Shown piece by piece: positions 21,633 through 32,661 of a stretch of DNA of 64,000 nt (positions are counted from its first letter, which is position 1; each line of letters opens with the position of its first letter). The translations under genes and the position numbers were made by a program. The DNA is taken from assembly GCA_963712515.1 (NCBI GenBank), contig CAVQIG010000017.1, positions 79,958 to 143,957 on the forward strand. The letters run 5' to 3'. The notes under the pieces are model-generated. The model was not told where the DNA came from. It worked only from the letters and a program-made list of their open reading frames with translations, and searched no databases. This DNA is from an uncultured delta proteobacterium (GTDB lineage Bacteria > Desulfobacterota > Binatia > JACPRU01).

Positions 21633-21882
21633 CCCGGCCTTTTGAACTGCCCGGCAGCGGAAGGTCAAGCGCGTGGGAGGATCACCACCGCGACAGTCGC
21701 GACCAAGCTCGCGACAGCCAGCATCCGCATAGTGCCGATCAGCGACCACATCGAAATGTCTCGACGCCGCATTGCTCCAAGTCGCGCCACTGATGAGGTG
21801 GCGGGGACATTGTGATATCCCCTGCCGGGAGTCGCGAGAAGCGGATCCGTGCCGTAGGAGAAAGGCCCAGGCGGAACGAGCA

Positions 21883-22386
21883 ATGAAAGGATGGCGCGCC
21901 ACCTCGATTCTCGCAGCCGTCACCCTGCTCGTGCTCGCACTTTCCATACCCGCGTCGCTGCGTGACGCCTTCGACCGAGGTGGATTCTATATCTTCTCAC
22001 GCCAGTTCCTCGAGGACATCCCGAAGCGGCTGGCCGGTCCCGGCCGATTCCGATTCCTTTTCCAGCCCGTGATTGCGATCCTCCTCGGGGTACGAAGTGG
22101 CCTGGCCGACGCGAGGGAGGGACGGCCGCCTTATCTGTACGGCCTGCTCTTCCACCCGGGCCTACGGCGCGGGCTCATGAGGAGCGGTTTCGAGAGTGTC
22201 GTGAACCTGCTGATGATGGGCATTCTCCTCGATTCCCTCTTCCAATGGGTCCTCATCGGCGCCTCGTATCCCGGCGCGGCCCTCATCGTCGGACCGGTGC
22301 TCATCGTGCTGCCCTACTCTCTCGCGCGCGCTCTTTCGAATCGTCTCGTTCGGGCCCGCGGCGCCACTAGCCCGAATCCCTCATGA
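21883..22386 (+). CDS. Hypothetical membrane protein (167 aa)
   Basis: Intact ORF MKGWRATSILAAVTLLVLALSIPASL… with about four predicted TM helices and GC-typical codon usage. No family recognised. Confidence 0.45.
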   Translation: MKGWRATSILAAVTLLVLALSIPASLRDAFDRGGFYIFSRQFLEDIPKRLAGPGRFRFLFQPVIAILLGVRSGLADAREGRPPYLYGLLFHPGLRRGLMRSGFESVVNLLMMGILLDSLFQWVLIGASYPGAALIVGPVLIVLPYSLARALSNRLVRARGATSPNPS

Positions 22387-22545
22387 CTGATACGAGAGGC
22401 GCCGACCATGAGGTGAGTGGAAAGACGAATTGCCTCTCCGTCGAGACGCGAACGATTCGATCACCTGCTCTGGAGAAATGCTTCTCGCCCACCTCGGCCG
22501 GAAGCGCGGAAGCAGATCCCGGACCGCGGGCAAGGAGCATCGCGA

Positions 22546-23748
22546 ATGAGAAGCCGCAGAATCGACCGTGAGACGGGCGAAGCGATTGCCCCCGTTGGTC
22601 GCTGTCCCGTGGAAGCTGCCGTTTTCGGAGCCGCGGTCGCGGTAGCCCTCACGCTTTCCGCTTGCAGCAAGCCGGCGCCGCCCCCACCCCCGCCTCCGGA
22701 TGTCGTCGTCGCCGACGTGATTCAGAAGGACGTGCCCATCTACGCCGAGTGGGTCGGTACCACCGAGGGCAACATCACGGCGCAGATTCGAGCGCGAGTG
22801 CAGGGTTATCTGCAGCAACGCAGCTACCAGGAAGGCACCCTCGTCCGCGCCGGCGACCTGCTGTTCCTGATCGATCCGCGGCCGTATCAAGTGGCGCTCG
22901 ATCAGGCCAAGGGCGACCTCGGGCGCGCCGAAGCAATACGGACCAAGACGGAGCAAGACGTCACGCGCTATACGCCGCTGGCCGCCGAGAAGGCAATCGC
23001 CCAGGAGGAGCTCGACAACGCCATTCAGGCGAAGCGCGCCGCCAAGGCGGCCGTCGACTCGGCTCGCGCCGCGGTCGAGAAGGCGCAGCTGAACCTCGAT
23101 TGGGCGCAGGTCAAATCACCCGTCGATGGCATCGCGGGCATCGCCGTCGCACAAATCGGCGACCTCGTCAGCGAGAGCACGCTGCTCACGACCGTGTCGC
23201 AGGTCGATCCGATCAAGGTCTCGTTTCCGATCAGCGAGCAGGAGTACCTGAAGCTCGCGGACAGAATCGACCTCAGCATGCGCAAAGAATACCCAGCGAC
23301 CCTCGAGCTGATCCTCGGCGACGGCAGCGTTTACCCGGAGAAGGGGAGGGCATCGGTCGCCAACCGCGAAGTCGACATAAAGACGGGCACCATGACGATC
23401 GTGGCCCTCTTCCCGAACCCTCGCAACCTCCTGCGCCCCGGTCAGTACGCGAAGGTGCGCGCGACCACCGAGACGAGGCAAGGCGCCCTCCTCGTGCCGC
23501 AGCGCGCCGTACAGGAGCTTCAGGGCAGCCATCAGGTCGCGGTGGTCGGAGCCGACAACAAGGTCGCCATGCGCACGGTCAAGGCCGGTGCGCGCATCGG
23601 CGATCTCTGGGTAATCAACGAAGGCCTCAAGCCGGGAGAACGAATCGTCGTCGAGGGCCTGCAGAAGGTGCGCGACGGCGCCACCGTCAACCCGAAGCCG
23701 GCCGAGCCAGCGGCGAGCGCAAAGGCGGAGCCGGCGACGAGCAAGTAG
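22546..23748 (+). CDS. Efflux RND transporter periplasmic adaptor subunit (membrane fusion protein), lipoprotein
   Basis: AAGGAG lies 9 nt upstream of ATG 22546. Lipobox LSAC and a poly-Pro linker PAPPPPPPPD, then …DGIAGIAVAQIGDLV…LVPQRAVQELQGSHQVAVVGADNKVAMRTVKAG…. Confidence 0.85.
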   Translation: MRSRRIDRETGEAIAPVGRCPVEAAVFGAAVAVALTLSACSKPAPPPPPPPDVVVADVIQKDVPIYAEWVGTTEGNITAQIRARVQGYLQQRSYQEGTLVRAGDLLFLIDPRPYQVALDQAKGDLGRAEAIRTKTEQDVTRYTPLAAEKAIAQEELDNAIQAKRAAKAAVDSARAAVEKAQLNLDWAQVKSPVDGIAGIAVAQIGDLVSESTLLTTVSQVDPIKVSFPISEQEYLKLADRIDLSMRKEYPATLELILGDGSVYPEKGRASVANREVDIKTGTMTIVALFPNPRNLLRPGQYAKVRATTETRQGALLVPQRAVQELQGSHQVAVVGADNKVAMRTVKAGARIGDLWVINEGLKPGERIVVEGLQKVRDGATVNPKPAEPAASAKAEPATSK

Positions 23749-23762
23749 AGCGGGAGGACGCC

Positions 23763-26700
23763 ATGGCAGACTTCTTCATCCGGCGGCCGATCGTCGCGAT
23801 CGTCATCGCGATCATCACGGTGATCATGGGGCTCTTCACCCTCAAGGGGCTGAGCATCGAGCAGTACCCATTCCTCGCCCCGCCGAACATACGCGTGACC
23901 GCGACCTACCCGGGCGCCTCGGCCGTGGCCGTTGAGCAGTCGGTGGCCACTCCGATCGAGCAGGAGGTGAACGGCGTCGAGAACATGATCTACATGAAGT
24001 CGTCCAACACCAGCGACGGCCGCATGCAGCTCGACGTCAACTTCGAGGTGGGCGTCAACCAGGACACGGCGAACGTTCTCACCCAGAACCGAGTCAACAT
24101 CGCCCAGGCGCGTCTGCCCCAGGAGGTCATCGCTCAGGGCGTCACGGTCAAGAAGATGAGCCCGAGCATCCTGATGGTGATCTCGCTCTACTCGCCGAAC
24201 GGAAGTTACGACGCGAACTTCCTGATCAACTACTGCGGCATCAACCTGCGCGACCAGCTGCTGCGCATTCCCGGCATCGCCCAGGTCGATCTCTTCGGCG
24301 GCACCGACTACGGCATGCGGATCTGGATCAACCCCGACAAGCTCGCCAAGCTCGGCCTCACGCCCTCGGACGTCATTTCCGCCATCAAAGAGCAGAACCT
24401 GCAGGCTCCCGCGGGGCGCGTCGGGAATGGCGCCCTCGCCCAAGGACCAGGAGTTCACTTACACGGTGGCGCTCCCGGGCGCCTCGTCACGACGGAAGAG
24501 TTCGACAACATCATCATCCGCGAGACCGAAACCGGCGCGATCATCCGCGTGAAGGACGTGGGGCGGACGGAGCTCGGCTCGCAGGACTACAACTCCTTCG
24601 GCCGGCTGAACGGCAAGCCCGGCGGCGCGATGGCCGTCTATCTGCTGCCCGGCGCGAACCAGCTGAAGGCCTCCGAGGCGATCTACGAGACCATGAAGCA
24701 CGCCAAGGAGATCTTCCCGCCCGACCTCGACTACAAGATCGTCTACGACACGACGCCGGCGGTGGAAGCGTCGATCGAGTCGATCGTCCACACCTTCTTC
24801 GAGGCGGTCGTCCTCGTCACGCTGGTCGTCTTCGTCTTCTTGCAGAACTTCCGCGCGACGTTCATTCCCCTCGTGACCGTCCCGGTGTCGCTGCTCGGCA
24901 CGTTCATCTTCTTCCCGCTGCTCGGCTTCTCGGTGAACACGCTTGTCGATGTTCGGCCTCGTGCTCGCGATCGGCATCGTCGTCGACGACGCGATCGTCG
25001 TCGTCGAAGCCGTCATGCACCACATCGAGCAGGGCCTGGCACCGAAGGAAGCGACGCAGCAGGCGATGAAGGAGGTGTCGGGCGCCGTCGTCGGCATCGC
25101 GCTCATCCTCTCCGCGGTGTTCATTCCCGTGGCGTTCCTCGGCGGTCTCACCGGCCGGATGTACCAGCAGTTCGCGCTGACGATCGCGATCTCGGTTCTG
25201 CTGTCGGCCTTCAACGCGCTGTCGCTCTCGCCAGCGCTTGCGGCGATGCTCCTGAAGCCGCACCATGCAAAGACCACCGGCCTTCTCGGTAAGTTCTATA
25301 CGCTCTTCAACAAGGCGTTCGACGTGACCACGGGAGGGTACGTCAACTGGACGCGCCTCTTGGTGCGGCGGGCCACGCTCACGATCGTCATCGTCGCTGG
25401 GGTCGCTGTCGGCGCCGGCCTCTTCGGCAGCGCGCTTCCCGCGGGCTTTGTTCCCGATGAGGATCAGGGCATCATGGGTATCAACGTCACGCTGCCGCCT
25501 GCCTCATCCCTCGAGCGCACGAGCGCGGTCCTGGCGAAAGTCGAGCAGATCGTCGAAAAGACCGAGGGAATCGAGTCCTTCCAGACGGTCGGCGGCTACG
25601 GCCTCGTCACCTCGACCTACCAGCCGAACTTCGGCACGCTCTTCGTTCGCCTGAAGCCGTGGGATGAGCGCCACTCCCCCGAGCTGCACGTCACCGGCAT
25701 CATGGCGCGGCTACAGAAGGAGTTCTCCCGCATCCCGGACGCGATCATCTTCCCGTTCAACCTCCCGACGATCTCGGGCTTCGGCGCCGCAGCGGGCTTC
25801 AACTTCCTCCTCCAGGACCGGAGCGGGACGCTCAGCGTGGACCAGCTCGGCGCGCTCAGCCGCCAGTTCATGGAAGCCGCGCGCCAACGACCCGAGATCG
25901 GCAACCTGTTCACCTCGTTCGATCCCCGCTACCCGCAGGTCAAGGTCGAGCTCGACCGCGAGAAGGCGCGGCTGGTCGGCGTGCCGGTGAATGAAGTCTT
26001 CCAGGCGATGTCCGCGGTTCTCGGCGGCACGTACGTGAACGACTTCAACCGCTTCGGGCGGCTGTTCCGCGTGTACGTCCAGGCCGATTCGGACTACCGA
26101 CGCAAGGCTGACGACATCGGCAAGATCTACGTGCGCAGCAAGACCACGGACCAGATGGTCCCGCTCTCCACGCTCGTCCGGATCAGCACGCAGGACGGCA
26201 CCGAGCTCGTCACGCGCTTCAACATGCTCCGTTCCGTCGAGCTCCAGGGAGCGTCCGGGCGCGGCTACGCCTCGGGCCAGACGCTGGCGGCACTCGAGGA
26301 GGTGTTCGCTCAGACGATGCCCAAGGAAATGGGCTACGCCTACAGTCAGATGTCATACCAGGAGAAGGTCGCACCGCCGGCGGGCCCGACGTTCGTGCTC
26401 GCGATCGTCTTCGTGTTTCTGCTCTTAGCGGCCCTCTACGAGAGTTGGCGGTTGCCGTGGGCGGTCCTGCTCGGCTCGCCGCTTGTCGCCCTCGGCTCGT
26501 TCTTCGGCGTCTGGCTCTTGGGGTACGACAACAACGTCTTCGTGCAGATCGGCAACATCATGCTGATCGGCCTCGCCGCCAAGAACGCGATCCTGATCGT
26601 CGAGTTCGCCAAGGCCAAGCACGAGGAGGGCATGCCGGTCGAGGAGGCGGCGCTCGAATCGGCACGGCTGCGCTTCCGGCCGATCCTGATGACCGCGTTC

Positions 26701-26928
26701 GCGTTCATCCTCGGCGTGGTGCCGCTGATGATGGCGAGCGGCGCGGGCGCGGGGGCTCAGAACGTCATGGGCACGGCGGTGTTCTTCGGAATGCTCGTCG
26801 CGACCTTCATGGGCGTCTTCCTCATCCCGGGCAACTTCGCCTTCGTGGAGGGCCTGGGAAAGAAAAAGAAGGCGAAACTCGAGGTCGCCGCCCCGGCAGT
26901 TCCCGCGCACGGACAGGCACATTCATGA
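23763..26928 (+). CDS. Efflux RND permease (AcrB/HAE1 family), single frameshift near 24940-24950
   Basis: MADFFIRRPIVAIVIAI… in the 22662 frame up to …LLGFSVNTL. The protein continues in ORF 24943..26928 (MFGLVLAIGIVVDDAIVVVE…). The junction cttgtcgatg corresponds to NTL-x-MFG of AcrB. ATGA start/stop overlap with the downstream OMF gene. Confidence 0.8.
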
Positions 26929-28402
26929 AGAGCTCGCGGCTGGCGCTCGTCAACCGCGGTCTTCCTGTCCCTCTCCGCCTGCGCGGTCGGCCCGAACTAC
27001 ACGCGGCCGACGGTTCAGGCGCCGGCCGACTACCGCGGCGCGGCCGCCCCGTCGGACGAAAGACTCGTTCGCGGATTTGCCCTGGTGGGAGGTCTTTCAG
27101 GATCCCACGCTCAAGGGCTTGGTCGAAGAGGCGCTCGGCGCCAACTACGACGCTCGCATTGCCGCCGCGCGGGTCGAGCGGGCACGCTACAGCGTCGGCG
27201 TCACGCGCGCGGATCTCATGCCGCAGGTGGGTTACACCGGCGAGGCGACGCGCGGCAAATTCTTCGTATCCCCGGACTTCCCGAACGAGACGGGGAACGT
27301 CTTTCTCGGGGCGTTCCAGATGGCTTGGGAGATCGACGTCTGGGGGCGCATTCGCCGCGCGACCGAGGCCTCGCTGGCCGATCTGTTCGCGAGCGAGGAC
27401 GTTCGTCGCGCAGTGGTGCTCAACGTGATCACCGACGTAGCGCAGGCCTACTTCGAGCTCCTCGAGCTCGATCTCGAGCTCGAGATCGCCAAGCGCACGC
27501 GCGACGCGTTCCAAGGGACGCTCGACCTATTCATGCGAAAGCTGGTCGGGGGAGTCGGAAACAAACTCGCGACCTCGCGAGCCGAGGCCGCGCTCGCCGA
27601 CGCCGCGGCGACAATCCCGGACGTCGAGCGGCAGATCGTCGCCAAGGAGAACCAGTTGAGCATTCTGCTCGGCCGCCAGCCGGGTGAGATCGCGCGCGGC
27701 GCCGATCTCGGCAATCAGCCTCGTCCACCGGACGTCCCTCCGGGGCTGCCGTCGACGCTGCTCGAGCGCCGCCCGGACGTCCTGGCGGCCGAGCAGAACG
27801 TCGTGGCGACCAACGCCCTGGTCGGCGTCGCCGTCGGCGACTTTTTCCCGCGCTTCGGGCTCACTTCTTTGTACGGCGGGCAGTCGGGCGACATCGACAA
27901 GATCGTGAAGAGCGCCGGTAACGTGTGGGCGATCGGAGCCTCGATCACGGGCCCGCTGTTCCAGGGTGGAAGGCTCTACTATGGCTACAAGGGCAGCGTC
28001 GTCGACTGGCAGGCGGCGGTGCTCGCCTACGAGCAGACCGTGCTGAACGCGCTCGGCGATGTTTCCAGCGCGCTGGTGGCGCGGCAGAAGTTCGCTGCCG
28101 CGGGAGTCGAGCGCAAGCGTGAAGTCGCGGCGCTTCAGGAGGCCGTTCGGGTGGCGCTGGTGCGCTACGTGGGCGGCTTTGCGAGCTACTTCGAGGTGCT
28201 CGACTCACAGCAGGAGCTGTTTCCCGCCGAGATCTTTCTGGCGCGCAACGAGCTCAATCAGCTCGTTTCCGCCGTTCAGCTCTACCGGGCCCTCGGCGGC
28301 GGATGGCGCCAGGAGGAAGCCGCGCATCCCGACGTGTATGTGCTACGCCGGGAGGTACTCGACGCGGTCGTCCCGCAGCAAGGTTTTCCGCCGCAGCCGT
28401 AG
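26925..28402 (+). CDS. Efflux transporter outer membrane factor lipoprotein (NodT family), two N-terminal frameshifts (~26955, ~27065)
   Basis: MKSSRLALV (frame 0) → AVFLSLSACAVGPNYTRPTVQAPADYRGAAAPSDE (frame +1) → DSFADLPWWEVFQDPTLKGLVEEAL… (ORF 27077..28402). Both junctions are at short homopolymers (aacc, gaaag). Confidence 0.75.
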
Positions 28403-28442
28403 CATCAGGCTTTAAGCGCCTTGGCTCAGGAGGGATAGCGGC

Positions 28443-29991
28443 GTGGAAGCCCCCGGAATTCCGATCAGCATTCCCCCGTTCCCGCCGCACTATCGTGCCT
28501 CGGGGGTCCTGCTGCACGTCACGTCTTTGCCTTCGCCTTACGGCATCGGCGATCTGGGACCGGCAGCGTTCACGTGGATCGACCGGCTTCACGAGGCAGG
28601 GCAATGCTGGTGGCAGGCACTGCCGCTCGGCCCAACGGGCTACGGCAACTCGCCGTATCAGTCGTTGTCCTCCTTCGCGGGGAACGGATTGCTGATCAGC
28701 CCGCACTTCCTGATCGAGGACGGACTGTTGCGAGCGAGCGACTGCGCGGGTCAAGTCTTCTCGCCGACGACTGTCAACTATGACGTCGTCATCCCGTTCA
28801 AGCATCGATTGCTCGAAACCGCGTGGAGCAAGTTCATCGGGGGAGCACGAAAAGATCTTCGGACCACCTACGAGCGGTTCTGCCACGAGCGCGCGCACTG
28901 GCTGGAAGACTATGCTTTGTTCCGAGCACTGAAGCTCAGGTACAACGGTGCATACTATCTCGAGTGGCCGACGGATCTGATCGAGCGCGCCCCGACGGCC
29001 CTGCGGGAGGCGAGGAGGCAGCTCGCAAGCGAGATCGATCGAGTTCGCTTCGCGCAGTTCCTGCTGTCTCGCCAAGCGCAGCGCCTCGAGGAATACGCTC
29101 GTGACGAAGGGTTTGCTATTGATCGGCGACCTCCCCTTCTTCGTTTCCCCCGACTCGAGCGACGTTTGGGCCAACCCCGAGCTGTTCCTGCTCGACGAAC
29201 GGCGCCGGCCGCGCTTCGTCGCCGGTGTGCCTCCCGACTACTTCAGTGCCGAGGGACAGCTCTGGGGCAATCCGGTGTATGACTGGGACGCTCTTCGGCG
29301 GTCCGGATATCGTTGGTGCGTAGACCGCTTTCGCGCGCTTCTCGCTCACGTGGACGTGATTCGCCTGGATCATTTCCGCGCGTTCGCGGCAGCCTGGCAC
29401 GTACCGGCGGGAGCTCCGAACGCCCGATCCGGCCAATGGATGCCGGGTCCCGGCGCCGAGCTCTTCCGCACGATATGGAGTGAGCTCGGCGCCCTGCCGT
29501 TCATCGCCGAAGACCTAGGACTGATCACCCCCGACGTATCTGCGCTTCGAGACGAGTTTCACATACCTGGCACAAAGGTGCTGCAGTTCGCCTTCGATGG
29601 CCATCCCGACAACCCATACCTGCCCCACAACTACGTCTCCAATACAGTCGTCTACACTGGCACCCACGACAATGCGACGACGCGCGAGTGGTACGCAGAA
29701 TTGCCAGCTGCGCAGCGCGGGAACCTGTGGGCTTACCTGAAAAAGCGATCGGAGGGCGACAGTGAAGAGGTCGCACCAGCGCTCGTCGAGTTGGCATGGT
29801 CGTCGACGGCCGCTCTCGCGATCGCGCCGCTCCAAGATCTGCTGAACCTGGGAGGCGAGGCTCGGATGAACGTGCCCGGTCGCGCAGAGGGTAATTGGAG
29901 CTGGCGCTGCACAGAAGAAGCTCTCTCCGGGCCCGCGTTCGAACGGCTACGTGACTTGACCAAGACATCGAAGCGTATGACGTCGCGGTGA
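28443..29991 (+). CDS. malQ: 4-alpha-glucanotransferase (amylomaltase, GH77), frameshift near 29105-29125
   Basis: RASGVLLHVTSLPSPYGIGDLGPAAFTWIDRLHEAGQCWWQALPLGPTGYGNSPYQSLSSFAGNGLLISP… then, after the frame switch, …LIGDLPFFVSPDSSDVWANPELF…TGTHDNATTREWY… AGGAGGG upstream of GTG 28443. Confidence 0.8.
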
Positions 29992-30007
29992 TCGATCCTA
30001 CAAGCGC

Positions 30008-31360
30008 TCAGGGCGCTGAGCTTCGCGAAGCGCTCGTGAGCGGCGCCGCTGCCAGCCCAGAGGGAACCTCCGTCGTGGCCGCGAGGTCATCGGTCTCGGC
30101 CAGCAGCGCGGGCATGGCGTCGACGAGGAATCGCCGGTCGCGGCTGCCGTAGACGTAGCGAGGCCTCTTCTCGAGCTCCGTGGCGAGACGCGTGAGCTCC
30201 TCTTCGAACCAGTTGGGATTGGCGACGAGTCGCTCGCGCATCTCGTCGCGGTAGCGCTCGGTGCCCGGAGCATCGGGGTAGTGGCGCTCGTAGACGTCGT
30301 AGCGGAACAGCCGCCGCAGGCGATGGAGGTTCTTGCCTCCCGTTGGTAGCGGCAGCAGCGCGACGTCGCTCTTGCCGTTTTCGCCCCGCTTCGCGAGGCG
30401 GTCGAGGACGACGTCGAGGCTGTCTTTCAAGTGGTTGCGATCGCAGAAGCACGAGAAGTCGTCGTAGAGGAGGCGCATCGCCGCGCGCGCCTCGTCGATC
30501 GGCAGGCGTGCCTGCCGTTCCCGACCCACGCGGCGGAGCAGCAGCATGAAGGGGATCGGGCGGTTACCGGTCTTGGCGATCACCCCAGGGTCGCGGAAGT
30601 CCGGTTGGCGATAGGGGAAATGGCGTGGATCGATGACGTCGAAACCGCCACGCCCGTAAAAGAGGATGCGCTGCAGCGACAGCCGGTCCTCCGGAGAGAA
30701 GTATTCCATCTCGGCTGCGAGGTTGACCTTCATCCCGAAGTACTTGGCGGGCGAATCGGGTGCCGGTACGGACACCAGTCCGCGGCTGTGGAGGTCGAAG
30801 AGGTACTGTACGGCGACCTCGAGCGGGGCGATGCGCAGCCAATAGGTGAGCACCGTGCCGCGCGTCTCGGGCAGCATGAAGATGTGCGAGAGATAGACGA
30901 GGCAGAGACCCGGAGCGTACGCCGGGTTCACCAGGACGGTGCCGTCGCGCACCCCGCGGAGGTTTCCCTCCCGGTCCATGGCGGCGATCATGAAGTAGCG
31001 GAGGAACGTGCCGGAGGAGACCGGCTCGAAGGGATCGTCCAGTAGGAACCTCCGTACGACGGGCTCGGGCTCCATCTCGCCCTGGGGTCCGAAGGCGTTC
31101 CACAGGATGCGATACGAGCGCTCGAAGTCGGGGTGGCTCGGGTGCTCGATCGAGTGCACCTCGTAACGGCGCGTCTCGCGCTCGATCATCTCGACGATGT
31201 CCTGCTGGTAGAGATCGTTCAGGCTGAGTCGAACGCGCTGGCTGAGAATCACGTGCCCTCCGGGCTCCCGGCGAATTTCTGCCAAGGGGTCAAGCAGGAT
31301 GCCAGGGCGCCCATCATGATAAAAGGTGCCGAAGACGTGGAGGTGGCAGGTCGCCCACAT
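30008..31360 (-). CDS. Conserved-looking hypothetical protein (~450 aa), start uncertain
   Basis: Long intact ORF with GC-typical codon usage and no recognisable motif. Its first ATG (31360..31358) abuts or overlaps the proposed start of the divergent oxidoreductase gene, so the true start is probably downstream. Confidence 0.4.
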   Translation of the reverse strand: MWATCHLHVFGTFYHDGRPGILLDPLAEIRREPGGHVILSQRVRLSLNDLYQQDIVEMIERETRRYEVHSIEHPSHPDFERSYRILWNAFGPQGEMEPEPVVRRFLLDDPFEPVSSGTFLRYFMIAAMDREGNLRGVRDGTVLVNPAYAPGLCLVYLSHIFMLPETRGTVLTYWLRIAPLEVAVQYLFDLHSRGLVSVPAPDSPAKYFGMKVNLAAEMEYFSPEDRLSLQRILFYGRGGFDVIDPRHFPYRQPDFRDPGVIAKTGNRPIPFMLLLRRVGRERQARLPIDEARAAMRLLYDDFSCFCDRNHLKDSLDVVLDRLAKRGENGKSDVALLPLPTGGKNLHRLRRLFRYDVYERHYPDAPGTERYRDEMRERLVANPNWFEEELTRLATELEKRPRYVYGSRDRRFLVDAMPALLAETDDLAATTEVPSGLAAAPLTSASRSSAP

Positions 31361-32661
31361 TGGAGATCGACGAGAACCGTTCGGCCTGGGTCGCAGAGCA
31401 GCCCTCCTATCAGCCGCTACCGTCCCTTTTGCGCAGCGAATCCGCTGACATAGCGGTAGTCGGCGGAGGCTTCACCGGGGCCTCGGCGGCATGGCATCTG
31501 AGCCGGCGGTTCCCGAGCCTGCGCATCGTCCTGCTCGAGGCGAGAACGCTTGGCAGCGGCGCGAGCGGGCGCAGCGGAGGCCAGGCGCTTACCGGGATCA
31601 ACGGTGTTGCGGCCGCCGAAGGGGAGCGGGCCCGGCGCATCTACGAGGTCACGAAGCAGGGAATCGACCTGATCGCGGAGCTCACCGCCGAGCACTCACT
31701 GGATGCGGGGTTCTCGCGGCGGAGCTGTCTCGAGGTCTTCACCACGGCAAGGACCGCGGAAGCGGCGCACGATCGCGTCGAGAAGAGCGCGCGGGCGGGA
31801 ATTCCCCTGCGGTGGCTTCCCGGGTCGTCGCTCGCCTTTCGCGGCGCCATCGGCGCGATTCTCGATCCGGCCGCGGGCCGCGTGAACGGCGTCGGTCTGC
31901 TCCGCGGATGGCGAGACCTCCTCGTCGGGCGCGGGGTGACGATCTGGGAAGGGACTCCCGTGGTGGCAATCGAGGAGGGACCGAAGGTCAGAGTCACCAC
32001 GCCGAAGGGCGAGGTGCGAGCGCGGGCGCTGGTGCTCGCGACCAACGCCTATGGCAAGGCGCTCGGCTACTTCCGGAGAGGCGTCCTGCCGCTTCACTCG
32101 CACCTTCTGGCCACGGCGCCGCTTTCCGAGACCGAGTGGAAAACGGTCGGCTGGGGGGAGTACGACGGCTTCAGCGACGACCGCGACCGCGTCGCCTACG
32201 GCTGCCGCACCGCGGGCGGCCGCGTGATCTTCGGCGGCGGGAGCAACGATGCTTATGCGTATTCATACGGAGGCCGCACGGTCTTTTCGGCACCCGCGAC
32301 GCGCTCCTTCGAGGCCATCCATCGCCGGCTCGTCCAATACCTTCCGGGCCTCTCCGGCGTGCCGATCGAGCACCGCTGGACAGGGACCGTCGATCTGACG
32401 CTCGACCGCGTCTGCAGCATGGGAGTTTGCGGGGCGAGTCGAAACGTCTACTACGCCATCGGCTACAGCGGACACGGAGTCGCGCTGGCGATGCTCGCGG
32501 GGCGGGTGCTCTGCGACCTCTACGCCGGAGATCACGAGCCGTGGCGCGACCTACCGTTCTACCAAAAGCCGCTTCCCGAATTCCCTCCGGAGCCGCTGCG
32601 CTGGATCGCCTACCAACTCTATACGCGGCTCACGGGGCGTTCTCCGCGCCGAGTCACCTAA
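31360..32661 (+). CDS. FAD-dependent oxidoreductase (DadA / gamma-glutamylputrescine oxidase-like family)
   Basis: Dinucleotide-binding motif DIAVVGGGFTGASAAWHL near the N-terminus. Overall length and conserved blocks are typical of the DAO-family amine oxidases. TTG start at 31360 is uncertain. Confidence 0.7.
   Translation: MEIDENRSAWVAEQPSYQPLPSLLRSESADIAVVGGGFTGASAAWHLSRRFPSLRIVLLEARTLGSGASGRSGGQALTGINGVAAAEGERARRIYEVTKQGIDLIAELTAEHSLDAGFSRRSCLEVFTTARTAEAAHDRVEKSARAGIPLRWLPGSSLAFRGAIGAILDPAAGRVNGVGLLRGWRDLLVGRGVTIWEGTPVVAIEEGPKVRVTTPKGEVRARALVLATNAYGKALGYFRRGVLPLHSHLLATAPLSETEWKTVGWGEYDGFSDDRDRVAYGCRTAGGRVIFGGGSNDAYAYSYGGRTVFSAPATRSFEAIHRRLVQYLPGLSGVPIEHRWTGTVDLTLDRVCSMGVCGASRNVYYAIGYSGHGVALAMLAGRVLCDLYAGDHEPWRDLPFYQKPLPEFPPEPLRWIAYQLYTRLTGRSPRRVT

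Noticed and set aside
22662-25292. 876-aa plus ORF
   Set aside because: Wrong-frame Arg-rich read-through across the MFP gene that merges into the RND permease frame. The real genes are 22546..23748 and 23763..26928.
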